From contig VBFR01000185.1 in NCBI GenBank assembly GCA_005889345.1, positions 1 to 55,814 on the forward strand: DNA of 55,814 nucleotides, given 5' to 3'. The position numbers and the translations under genes are program-made. The notes beneath the pieces are model-generated. The model had not been told where the DNA came from. It worked only from the letters and a program-made list of their open reading frames with translations, and made no database searches. This DNA is from Chloroflexota bacterium (GTDB lineage: Bacteria; Chloroflexota; Dormibacteria; CF-121). Shown here one piece after another: positions 47,523 to 55,814 of the stretch (within the stretch, counting starts at the first letter, position 1; every line of letters starts with the position of its first letter).

Positions 47523-47951
47523 CTATTCCGCGAGAAATCCGTTGTGGGCGAGCTCGAGGGTTTCCGTGGCCACCTGGTTGGCGCCAATGTCGAGCGAGGG
47601 TCCATTCCATTTGACCGGGAAGACGCCTTCGAGGTTCCAGGTCGCGACGGGATTGCCCTCGGTGTCGAGCGCGGCGATCTCCGCGGTCTGCCGCTTGACT
47701 TCGATCTTGAGCTTGGCCATCCAGTTGGCAACTTTCTTGGAATCCTTGTTGACCGGCCGTGTGAGCTTGATGTTCTGGTACTTGGCGCGCCCTGGGATGC
47801 GGTGGACGAAGGCGTTCTCGCCGCCCTCCTTGTACTCAAAGACGTCGTACTCGACCGCGAGCCCGTCGCACTTCGACCAGTTTCCAAGGTCGCCGTGGCC
47901 ATCGATCTTCACTCGGAACCGCAGGCTTTGGGCGTGGGGACTGTCAGCCAT
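47523..47951 (-). CDS. CIS tail tube protein (T4 gp19-like), copy 2
   Basis: GL.VEY..EYKEGGEN...PGR.KY.NIKLTR, FPVKWNGP, ETLELAH.GF. Confidence 0.93.
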   Translation of the reverse strand: MADSPHAQSLRFRVKIDGHGDLGNWSKCDGLAVEYDVFEYKEGGENAFVHRIPGRAKYQNIKLTRPVNKDSKKVANWMAKLKIEVKRQTAEIAALDTEGNPVATWNLEGVFPVKWNGPSLDIGANQVATETLELAHNGFLAE

Positions 47952-47961
47952 CGTCTCCTCC

Positions 47962-49944
47962 TCAGCGCAGGTCGGTCAGGAAGCCCGCGCGCTCCCGATC
48001 GACCAGTAGTTCTGTTTTCAGCCGGGTGCGGATCCGGTCGTAGAGCTTGCCGGCGAGCTCGTCCATGTCCGTCTCGGCGGAGGAGTGGCTGCCCAGGGGT
48101 GAGGCGACGCCGCTTATCGTGGAGCCGGCCGCGCTGGCGGCCGATGAGCCTGCGGACGAGGCCATGCTCCTCGCACCGGATGAAATCGAGTCGTACCAGG
48201 CGCCCTGGACGGTAGACGCCCCACCATCCGTGGGAGATTCGGTGGACTCCGACTCCGCTTCGCCAGCGGTCTGCGTTGTGCGCTGCACCGCGACGACGCG
48301 TGATGGCGCCAGCGGGAGCCTCGCTGATGTCCCTCGCTCCCCCTGCGGGGGTGAGTCGGCGTAGGGGGTGTCTTCGCTCGCTCTCATGACATGAAGCTCA
48401 CGCCCTCCTTGCTGCGGTTGGTCGAGGTCGGGAGCATCGCTCGTCCGCTGCACGAAGCCCGGGCTCGCCAACGGAAGCGCCATACCCTCGACCTGCGGCG
48501 GTTCCGCGAAGGCGCCGTCGCTCGCCCTCATCACCGGGACTGCCTGCGGGTGATAGGGCTGCTTGCTCTCCGTGGAAGGAACCGCCCGTTCCCCTTGCGC
48601 CGAAGGCTCGGCATAGGGCATAGAGGCACTGGTCGACGCCGCTCGTTGGGCCGTCACCGTCGGCCGTAGCGGCCGGGCGCCGACGAGCGGGGCGATCACA
48701 GTGTCTCGACTGGATGCTGGTGAGGCGGTGGCGACGCGGCCCGGTGATTCTGACACCAGCGGCCACGTCGACGGTGAGAGATTCGCAAGGGCGACCGGCG
48801 GCGAGGACGGCAAGGCCGGCGCAAGACGCTGCAGGGCCGACGGCTCGGACGGCGACGCATCATCGGCGGCCTCTGCCAGGGACGTCGCGCTCAGCTGGAC
48901 CGACGGTGCTCGCGCCGGGATCGATGGGCGGGCGAGCGGCAAGGCCAGGCGGGGACCATCAACGGCGTCAGTCGAGGGCGGGGGCGGCGCGCCCGGCAGC
49001 GACGCTCTCCATTCCGTGACGCCAGACGAGAGCTCCACCGGAGCCGTCGGAGCTGTCGGAGCCGTCGGAGCCGTCGGAGCCATCGGAGCCAGGGGTAGTC
49101 CGATTGCCACCCGCTGCGCCACCGCGTGCGTCGGCAGTGGTCCAACCGGGGATGCGTCGATCGGCGCCGGCGTCACGGAGGAGGCGTCGATCGAATCGCG
49201 GCTGCCGGCGGAGACGTCAATCGGGTCCTTCTCCCTCTGGGGTGCCGGAGCGAGGGGGAGTTCCGCGCGCTGCACGCTGTGGTCCGGAACCTGCCTGATG
49301 GGGGCTCCGAGGCCCATCCGTCGCGACTGACCCAGCGTGAGACGCTGGGCCGGCACCAGCGCCGGCGCGGCGTCGGATGGCTCATCGGTCGGGGTCGAGG
49401 TGGCAAGAGCAGCCGACACGGCTTTTGACCGCTGTGCCACGGGAGCGATCGGCGCCGGATCGGCGCCTGGGGGCAGGCTGGTCAGTCGCTGCGTCACGGG
49501 CTCCGGTGCAACTACCGGAAGCTCGACGGCGGCGGCCGGAGGTGCGCTCATGGGAACAGGGGTGGGCCGCGCCAGGTCGGGCGCGGCCTCATCCCCATCC
49601 CACTCCCCCGACTCCGTTACCGCGCCGGCCACGCTGCGCTGCAGGCGTGGGCGCGGGATCATGGCCGGGCCGTCGCTGCGTGTCGTCGGCCGGGCCAGGG
49701 CCAGGACCAGACCTGGTGGTGCGTCGGCGCTGACCTGATGGCCCATCGTGCCAGTCGTAACCGATGGATCCTGATGGGTCGCCAGGTCATCGCTGAACTC
49801 ATCACTCGGTGCGGTGAGCGGGTGCGCGCCAACGAACCGCTGGATGGGCGGCAATCCCGCCCAGTCCCGGCGGATGACGGGCGCCGGCACCGGGCGCGGT
49901 CCCTCCGCCGCCGGTGCCTCAACCTTCCGTCGAAACGGCCACAT
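47962..49944 (-). CDS. CIS-associated low-complexity Pro/Ala-rich protein with repeated QR motifs
   Basis: About 11 xQR motifs, LPLA repeats, ordered C-terminus DMDELAGKLYDRIRTRLKTELLVDRERAG; position between the two tube genes. Confidence 0.8.
   Translation of the reverse strand: MWPFRRKVEAPAAEGPRPVPAPVIRRDWAGLPPIQRFVGAHPLTAPSDEFSDDLATHQDPSVTTGTMGHQVSADAPPGLVLALARPTTRSDGPAMIPRPRLQRSVAGAVTESGEWDGDEAAPDLARPTPVPMSAPPAAAVELPVVAPEPVTQRLTSLPPGADPAPIAPVAQRSKAVSAALATSTPTDEPSDAAPALVPAQRLTLGQSRRMGLGAPIRQVPDHSVQRAELPLAPAPQREKDPIDVSAGSRDSIDASSVTPAPIDASPVGPLPTHAVAQRVAIGLPLAPMAPTAPTAPTAPTAPVELSSGVTEWRASLPGAPPPPSTDAVDGPRLALPLARPSIPARAPSVQLSATSLAEAADDASPSEPSALQRLAPALPSSPPVALANLSPSTWPLVSESPGRVATASPASSRDTVIAPLVGARPLRPTVTAQRAASTSASMPYAEPSAQGERAVPSTESKQPYHPQAVPVMRASDGAFAEPPQVEGMALPLASPGFVQRTSDAPDLDQPQQGGRELHVMRASEDTPYADSPPQGERGTSARLPLAPSRVVAVQRTTQTAGEAESESTESPTDGGASTVQGAWYDSISSGARSMASSAGSSAASAAGSTISGVASPLGSHSSAETDMDELAGKLYDRIRTRLKTELLVDRERAGFLTDLR
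49039..49090 (-). repeat. 9-bp tandem repeat (about 5.8 copies) encoding APT
   Basis: cggagccgt-type units. Confidence 0.9.
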
Positions 49945-49947
49945 ATC

Positions 49948-50112
49948 CTACGACTCCTGCTCTTCCGCGAGGCGCCGATTGATGCCGGCGATCTCTTCGA
50001 CGACGCGCTGGCGGACCGGATGCTCTAGATCGAGAATCTCTTCGAACGACCAGTGCAGGTGATACGCCACGTACGCGATCTCCTCGAAGAGGCGGTCGGT
50101 CGCGTACGTCAC
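49948..50112 (-). CDS. Small CIS-associated protein (DUF6760-like), 54 aa, absent from the ORF track
   Basis: Manual translation MTYATDRLFEEIAYVAYHLHWSFEEILDLEHPVRQRVVEEIAGINRRLAEEQES; GTGA overlap with the upstream gene. Confidence 0.88.
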   Translation of the reverse strand: MTYATDRLFEEIAYVAYHLHWSFEEILDLEHPVRQRVVEEIAGINRRLAEEQES

Positions 50113-50528
50113 AACCCCCCCAGGCGACCACCTGCCATGTCTACGGTGAACTGGTGCTTGCAGTCCGGACAGGTGACGGCCGCCTGCGTGTGCCCCTCCT
50201 GGTTGATCCTGCGATAGAGGTCCTGGAGGAACGCGAGGTCGGAGGCGAAGAGCCCTTCGATGGTCCCGGAGGTCACCTGCGGCACGGTGCCGAGCCTGGT
50301 GACCACCCGGGACAGCAGCAGGACCGTCAGGTAAGCCTCGTTGTCGCGCACCCGTGGGTCGCGCTGGGGGAGGATCTCGTCACGAGCGGTCGCCAGCCGC
50401 ATCACACCCTCGCGATGCACCGTCCCGGCCTCGTCGACGTAGCCGCGCGGCAGAGCGAAGGCGAATTCGGTGTGAAGTGGAGCGGAGGTCGAACGCTCGA
50501 CCTCCGCCATGCTGGATACCGGACTCAC
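50109..50528 (-). CDS. CIS tail assembly chaperone-like protein with C-terminal CxxC
   Basis: TEFAFALPRGYVD, MRLATARDE, LFASDLAFLQDLY..IN, CPDC. Confidence 0.85.
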   Translation of the reverse strand: MSPVSSMAEVERSTSAPLHTEFAFALPRGYVDEAGTVHREGVMRLATARDEILPQRDPRVRDNEAYLTVLLLSRVVTRLGTVPQVTSGTIEGLFASDLAFLQDLYRRINQEGHTQAAVTCPDCKHQFTVDMAGGRLGGL

Positions 50529-50986
50529 TTGACCCGCTCGAAGCCTTCCATGACGATCGTGGCTTCCTCAGTGACAACCTCGTTGGACCCCGCCTTGAGC
50601 GCCCCGGTCGTGAGCTTGGAGGGCCAGGCGTTGACGAAGTTCCAGCGTGCGATCTCGCCGGCTTCGTAGTCGTAGAGGATCACCGACCCGTTCTTGCGGG
50701 CTTCCTTGACCTTGCCGTCCAGCGCCGCCTTGTGCCACTTGTAGAGGTCCATCGAGACGTTCTTGGCTCGCTTCAGCGTCAGCGTCGGCGTCTTGTGCGC
50801 GCCCGGGATCTTCTTGATGATCAGCTTGCCGTCGGGGCCGTTCTCCTTCAGCTCGGTGACATCCATCTCGGAGGTCAAGCCGCCAACCTCGGTGAACTGT
50901 GCGATGGTGGTGCCGTCGATCTCGATCGCGAAGTTACGTGCGGCGATTGCGTCGTTGTTCGAAACATTCGGAACGCCTGCTGCCAT
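50525..50986 (-). CDS. CIS tail tube protein (T4 gp19-like), copy 1
   Basis: F.IEIDG, FTEVGGL, RKNGSVILYD, RWNFVNAWPSK. Confidence 0.94.
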   Translation of the reverse strand: MAAGVPNVSNNDAIAARNFAIEIDGTTIAQFTEVGGLTSEMDVTELKENGPDGKLIIKKIPGAHKTPTLTLKRAKNVSMDLYKWHKAALDGKVKEARKNGSVILYDYEAGEIARWNFVNAWPSKLTTGALKAGSNEVVTEEATIVMEGFERVK

Positions 50987-50996
50987 CTATCCCTCC

Positions 50997-52526
50997 TTAT
51001 TCGCTGAGCGATGTGCCGCCCGAGAACTGGGCGATCTTGAAGACGACGAACTCCGCGGGTTTGACCGGGGCGATCCCGATCTCGACGATGAGCTGGCCCG
51101 CGTCGATCGTCTCCGCGGTGTTCACCTCGCCGTCGCATTTGACGTAGAACGCTTCGCTGGGCGTGGCTCCGAAGAGCGCGCCGTCGCGCCAGACGCGGAC
51201 CAGGAAGGCGCTGATGGTGCGCTTGACCCGTTCCCAGAGCGCCATGTCGTTGGGCTCGAAGACCACCCACTGGGTGCCCAGCAGGATGGAACCCTCGATG
51301 TAGTTGAAGAGCCGGCGGACGTTGATGTACCGCCACGCCGGATCGCTGGAGAGGGTGCGCGCGCCCCAGACCCGGATGCCGCGACCGGGGAAGGCGCGAA
51401 TGACGTTGATCCCCTGCGGGTTCAGCAGGTCGTGCTCGCTCTTGGTGACCTGCAGCTCGAGGGAGATGGCGCCGCGGACGACTTCATTCGCCGGTGCCTT
51501 GTGCACGCCGCGGGTGTCGTCGCTGCGCGCCCAGATGCCGGCCATGTGGCCGCTCGGCGGAACGAAATTCGCCTGGCCCGCGAGCGGATCGAAGACCTTG
51601 ACCCACGGCCAGTAGAGGGTGGCGTACTTCGAGTCGTAGCCCGCCTTGTCGACCCGCCACTCGCGGATCTGCTGCGCGTTCAGCCCGGGCGGGGCATCGA
51701 GAATGGCGACCCGGTCGCCCATCAGCTCGCAGTGGGCGATCATCGCCAGCTGTACGGCCTTGACCTGGTCGGCGTCGATCATGCCGCGCTGGTACGCGGC
51801 CATCAGGTCGGGGACGCTGAGCATCGTGACGGTGTCGACGGCTTCGAGACCGGCAAATCCGGTGCGGTCGGCAGAGTTGCCCACGTACTCGTCCGGGGTG
51901 ACCCGGGCGGGCATCGTGGCGCCGCCGCCCTGAAGCGTAACCTTGCCCGGGGCGGGGACCTTCTCCAGTGCGCCGGCGGTCCCGATCTCCTCGAGCTGGA
52001 TTAGCTTCGACGCGGTCTTGACAGCAGTGACGACGTTGTTCTTGCCTTTGCGCGTCGTGACGTTGTCGTACTCTTCGCGATCCTTGCCGCGCGTGATGAT
52101 CAGCTTGAAGGTGTCTTCCGCGGCCTGCGAGGCCTCAGCGACCTCGACCTGGATGTCGTTGCCGGGCTGACCGCCCTCCAACGCCAGGACGCGATATCCG
52201 GCCAGCGACTTGTCCTTCGCGCTCGCCAGCTCCGCCTGGGCTGCGGGGGCGTGGCCGTCCGCGCCGATGCGAACGATGTACGCGGACCCACCGCCGTTCA
52301 GGAAGTAGCCATAGACGGAGTGCGCGAGGTACGACCCTTCAAGGAAGCCACCAAACGCCTGCGAGAACTGGCTCCAGTTGGTGACCAACGTTGGGCTGTT
52401 GACGGGACCCTTCTCGGCGAGACCGACGAAGGCCGCCGTTGCGGTCCCAACACCCTCGATCGGGCGTGAGCCGGCTTCGACCTCCTCTACGTATACACCG
52501 GGCGATAAGTAATTGGGCATGGGCAA
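50997..52526 (-). CDS. CIS contractile tail sheath protein
   Basis: YLSPGVYVEE, PPSGHMAGIWARSD..RGVHKAPAN, VWGARTL, YINVRRL, VFEPND, APVKPAEFV. Confidence 0.96.
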   Translation of the reverse strand: MPMPNYLSPGVYVEEVEAGSRPIEGVGTATAAFVGLAEKGPVNSPTLVTNWSQFSQAFGGFLEGSYLAHSVYGYFLNGGGSAYIVRIGADGHAPAAQAELASAKDKSLAGYRVLALEGGQPGNDIQVEVAEASQAAEDTFKLIITRGKDREEYDNVTTRKGKNNVVTAVKTASKLIQLEEIGTAGALEKVPAPGKVTLQGGGATMPARVTPDEYVGNSADRTGFAGLEAVDTVTMLSVPDLMAAYQRGMIDADQVKAVQLAMIAHCELMGDRVAILDAPPGLNAQQIREWRVDKAGYDSKYATLYWPWVKVFDPLAGQANFVPPSGHMAGIWARSDDTRGVHKAPANEVVRGAISLELQVTKSEHDLLNPQGINVIRAFPGRGIRVWGARTLSSDPAWRYINVRRLFNYIEGSILLGTQWVVFEPNDMALWERVKRTISAFLVRVWRDGALFGATPSEAFYVKCDGEVNTAETIDAGQLIVEIGIAPVKPAEFVVFKIAQFSGGTSLSE

Positions 52527-52740
52527 TCTCCTCCCTGTTGATGGCCGTCAGGTACGGTCCGAGCGTCGCATCGGCGCTCGTTCGCCACAAGGGACGAGCG
52601 GGCCAGTGAACGGGTAAGCAGCGATGCCCGAAGGGACGGCCGGCCGTGCTCGAGGCTGCCCGTTCAGGCAGGAACTTGACCCCAAGGGCTGCCCGCAGGC
52701 GACTTGTGAGGCGCCGCCGCAACCGCAAATCTAGAGGGCG

Positions 52741-53571
52741 ATGATCCAGGACGTGGATGAGTCCCTGCGCGCCCTCGTAAAACGAGATGCCCTCAATGGA
52801 TCAAAGGCCGACATCGCCTTCGATGCGCCCAATAAAGAGTGGTCGTCGCGGCGCAATACGCCCACAGTCGATCTGTATCTCTACGACATCCGCGAGGACC
52901 TCGAGCAGCGTGAGGTGATGTGGGAGGACATTCGCGGCGATAGCCGAGATTCCCGATTGATCACCGAGCGCCGGCCGCCGCCACGTCGCTTCAAGCTCTC
53001 CTACCTCGTCACGGCGTGGACGCAGCGGCCTGAGGACGAGCACCGGCTCCTCTCGTCGCTGCTCGCGTGCTTTTTGCGCAATCCCATCATTCCGGCCGAC
53101 GCGTTGAGCGGGGTACTCGCCCAGGCGCGGCAGCCGATCCTCCTCAACATCGCGCTCCCACCACCACAGGACCGGTCGATCTCCGACGTCTGGTCGGCAC
53201 TGGGCGGCGAGCTCAAGGCCTCCCTCGATCTAGTTGTGAATGCGCCGTTCGAGGTCAACCTGGCGATTCCCGCCGGTCCGCCGGTCCTGGAAGAGCCCCG
53301 TTTCAGCTTCGCGGGTCCCGATGGCGAGAGCGAGGACGCGACCACGCCGGCGGCGCGTGGCGGCAGAGCTCGTCGAGGCGCGGTTGCTGCCGGTGCCGCG
53401 AAGCCGGTGGGTGCCCCTGGACCCGGCGGGCCAAAAGCCTCCGGGCGGCTGCAGCCCGGCGAGCCGGCCAACAAGCCTGGTGTGCCGCCCGACCAGGAAG
53501 AGATGGTTCGCTCGGGGAAAGAGAAGCAGCCCGGCCGCATTCTGCGCATTCGCGGCGTCAACCGCTCGTAG
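52741..53571 (+). CDS. DUF4255/Pvc16 (Afp16-like) CIS cap protein
   Basis: MIQDVDESLRAL, FDAP..EW, LYLYDIRED, LSYLVTAW...DEHRLLS. Confidence 0.92.
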   Translation: MIQDVDESLRALVKRDALNGSKADIAFDAPNKEWSSRRNTPTVDLYLYDIREDLEQREVMWEDIRGDSRDSRLITERRPPPRRFKLSYLVTAWTQRPEDEHRLLSSLLACFLRNPIIPADALSGVLAQARQPILLNIALPPPQDRSISDVWSALGGELKASLDLVVNAPFEVNLAIPAGPPVLEEPRFSFAGPDGESEDATTPAARGGRARRGAVAAGAAKPVGAPGPGGPKASGRLQPGEPANKPGVPPDQEEMVRSGKEKQPGRILRIRGVNRS

Positions 53572-53575
53572 GCGA

Positions 53576-55726
53576 ATGAGCGTACATTCGGGCGTTCTCC
53601 CTCCACCGCTTGCGGGGGAGGGTCGGGCTGGGGGTCTCGATGAGTCACTGACCCATGTGCTTCGGCGTCTCGAGTTAATCGAGGCGCGCGTCCGGGCCGC
53701 CGTCGCTCGCCGCCGTGCGACCGATCCGGAGACCGACGATCGTTTCCGCGGGCTTTACATCTCGCAGGGTCATGTCGACCGACTACTCGCGGACAAATCG
53801 GTCCCGGCGCCACCCGACGCTGGCGCAGCGAAGGCGCGCGACGAGGCCGAGGCCGCGGCTGACGCCGCCGAGCAAAACGGTGCCGACCTTCGGCTGCGCC
53901 GCCTGGCCCGCACCTTCAATCTGGACGAAATCGACGTCGAGCTGCTCTTGATCGCGATGGCCCCGGACGTCGACGCGCGCTTCGAGCGCCTCTACGGCTA
54001 TCTGCAAGATGACGTCTCCCGGCGCCGCGCCAGCGTCGGACTCGGGCTCGAGTTGTGCGGTTTGCCATCGAGCAGCGCCTATGCACGGAGCCGTCTCGCG
54101 GCGGGCGCTCCCCTGGTGGACGAGTACCTGGTGCAGGTCGAAGAGAACGAACGGCCGGTGCTGACGCGGCCGCTGCGCGTCCCGGACCGCGTGGCGGCAC
54201 ATCTGCTCGGGAGCGATATTCCGGATCCTGTTGTCGCCGCCCTGGCGTACCAATGCGAACAAGCCAAGCCCGACCAGGCGGCAACCCTGGTTCGCTGGAT
54301 GACGGAAGAATCTCCCTCCCCCTCTGGGGGAGGGCAGGGTGGGGGCAGGCTTGCCTACATCCGTGAACGCCCCGGCGCATCCGGAGCGGCGCTCGCCTCG
54401 AGTGCTTTCGCACAGCTAGGCCGTCCGACGCTTGCGTTGGATCTCGAGCGCCTGCGGAGCGAAGATGACGTGCCGCTCGTGGCCGCCTTAGCGGCTCGCG
54501 AAGCCGGTCTCACGGGAGCCGGCATTGTGGCGGGTCCGGTTGAGGTCCTGATCGCCAGGGGACTCCCCGCAGTCCGCGCCTTTTCTGAGATGCCGGCGCT
54601 CGTGGTCCTGGTGGGCGCGCGAAGCTGGGACCCGGGCTGGGCGCGCGACGTCCCCTTCATCTGCGAGGCTCCCATCCCCGACGCCCTCCAGCGCGCCGAG
54701 CTCTGGCGCCGGAATCTCAACGGCGACACACCGCCTGACCTCGACCTGGCCGGCACGATGGCGCAGTTTCGCCTGACCGCTGAGCAGGTCCATCGCGCGG
54801 CGCGGGCGGCGCGGATGGACGCCCACGCTCGCGAGATCCCGCTCAACGAAGAGGAGCTCAAGGCCGGCGCCCGCGCCCAGAACGCCGCCGGCCTCGAGCG
54901 GTTGGCGCGCCGCATCCAGCCCGCAGTCGACTTTGCCGACCTGGTTCTGCCCCCCGATACGATGGCACAGCTCAAGGAGCTCCTGACGCGGGCGCGCTAT
55001 CGCGAGCAGGTGCTCGATGTCTGGAAGATGGGCGGCCCGTCCGCGCGGCGGCGTGGGCTAACGGCGTTGTTCGCCGGGCCCTCGGGCACTGGTAAGACGA
55101 TGGCGGCCGAGGTGCTCGCCAGCGAGCTCGGTCTTGACCTGTATACAGTCGACCTGGCGACCGTTGTCGACAAGTACGTCGGCGAGACCGAAAAGAACCT
55201 CGACCGCATCTTCGCCGAAGCGGAGCGTATCAACGGCGTGATCCTCTTCGACGAGGCCGATGCGCTGTTTGGCAAGCGTTCCGAGGTCAGCGACGCGCAT
55301 GACCGCTATGCCAACGTCGAAGTGGCCTACCTGTTGCAGCGGATGGAGCTGTTCGACGGCATCGCGATCCTGGCGACCAACCTTCGGGCCAATCTGGATG
55401 AGGCATTCACGCGCCGGTTGGATTCCCTGGTCGATTTTCCAGAGCCCGAAGCGGAATATCGTCGGCGGCTCTGGGAGCGCAGCCTGGGGAGCGACATGCC
55501 TCGGGCCGCCGAACTCGACCTGGATTTTCTCGCAGAATCGTTCAAGCTCTCTGGCGGCGCGATCCGCAACATCGCGGTGGCGGCCGCCTATGCAGCTGCC
55601 GAGGCCAAGCACCCGCTTGATATGGGCGACCTGGTGCGGGCTACCCAGCGCGAGTATCTGAAGCTTGGCCGGATGGTCGTCGAATCAGAGTTCGGGCCCT
55701 ACTACGGGTTCCTGATCCAGGCCTAA
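53576..55726 (+). CDS. CIS AAA+ ATPase (Afp15/Pvc15-like)
   Basis: YGYLQDDV, ALFAGPSGTGKTMAAE, VVDKYVGETEKNL, LFDEADALFGKR, DRYANVEVAYLLQRME. Confidence 0.94.
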   Translation: MSVHSGVLPPPLAGEGRAGGLDESLTHVLRRLELIEARVRAAVARRRATDPETDDRFRGLYISQGHVDRLLADKSVPAPPDAGAAKARDEAEAAADAAEQNGADLRLRRLARTFNLDEIDVELLLIAMAPDVDARFERLYGYLQDDVSRRRASVGLGLELCGLPSSSAYARSRLAAGAPLVDEYLVQVEENERPVLTRPLRVPDRVAAHLLGSDIPDPVVAALAYQCEQAKPDQAATLVRWMTEESPSPSGGGQGGGRLAYIRERPGASGAALASSAFAQLGRPTLALDLERLRSEDDVPLVAALAAREAGLTGAGIVAGPVEVLIARGLPAVRAFSEMPALVVLVGARSWDPGWARDVPFICEAPIPDALQRAELWRRNLNGDTPPDLDLAGTMAQFRLTAEQVHRAARAARMDAHAREIPLNEEELKAGARAQNAAGLERLARRIQPAVDFADLVLPPDTMAQLKELLTRARYREQVLDVWKMGGPSARRRGLTALFAGPSGTGKTMAAEVLASELGLDLYTVDLATVVDKYVGETEKNLDRIFAEAERINGVILFDEADALFGKRSEVSDAHDRYANVEVAYLLQRMELFDGIAILATNLRANLDEAFTRRLDSLVDFPEPEAEYRRRLWERSLGSDMPRAAELDLDFLAESFKLSGGAIRNIAVAAAYAAAEAKHPLDMGDLVRATQREYLKLGRMVVESEFGPYYGFLIQA
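53597..53634 (+). repeat. REP-like palindromic element, copy 1, in frame within the ATPase gene
   Basis: ccctccaccgc-tt-gcgggggaggg hairpin followed by tcgggctggggg. Confidence 0.7.
54312..54345 (+). repeat. REP-like palindromic element, copy 2, in frame within the ATPase gene
   Basis: ccctccccc-tct-gggggaggg perfect 9-bp stem followed by cagggtggggg. Confidence 0.75.
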
Positions 55727-55814
55727 GCCTCTTCGTCGGTCGGGGCCTCTTCCTCCTCGGAGGCACGCTGAACGAATGCGCCTTGGACTGACTCGTCCGC
55801 CTCGTCCTCCTCGG
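55723..55814 (-). CDS. C-terminus of an acidic QR-motif protein (possibly DUF4157/eCIS-core), truncated by window edge
   Basis: Manual translation ...EEDEADESVQGAFVQRASEEEEAPTDEEA*; stop overlaps the ATPase stop. Confidence 0.55.
   Translation of the reverse strand, partial: EEDEADESVQGAFVQRASEEEEAPTDEEA

Noticed and set aside
40433-55726. Prophage or type VI secretion system
   Set aside because: No capsid, portal, terminase or integrase; no TssJLM, TssK or ClpV; single-gene sheath plus Pvc16 and Afp15-like ATPase indicate a CIS

Overview
GC-rich bacterial chromosomal window; gene content and several leaderless-type starts suggest a Terrabacteria lineage (Chloroflexota/Dormibacterota/Actinomycetota-like), which is inference only. 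Left to right: small genes (partial SRPBCC, a decayed membrane-protein gene, DinB/DUF664, ferritin-like); a membrane HD-GYP/GAF/degenerate-GGDEF protein; a 2415-aa secreted beta-helix/Ig-like repeat protein; a complete nuoA-N operon followed by an orphan ResB-like gene; two tandem paralogous TadE-TadE-TadG minor-pilin triads; an EamA transporter; a PD-(D/E)XK nuclease-like gene; and tRNA-Arg(TCT). At the tRNA 3' end sits an IS481-family element with Tn7-like multi-site ends and an apparent 16-bp target duplication. It is followed at once by a second, transposase-less left end of the same architecture. Downstream are a MalT-like/BTAD regulator and a tail-fibre-less, Streptomyces-type contractile injection system (CIS) with a putative membrane adaptor; the CIS locus runs off the right edge. 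The most notable signals are the repeated tRNA-adjacent IS481-type ends in front of the CIS locus and the CIS locus itself. All family calls come from motif recognition by eye; no database searches were run.
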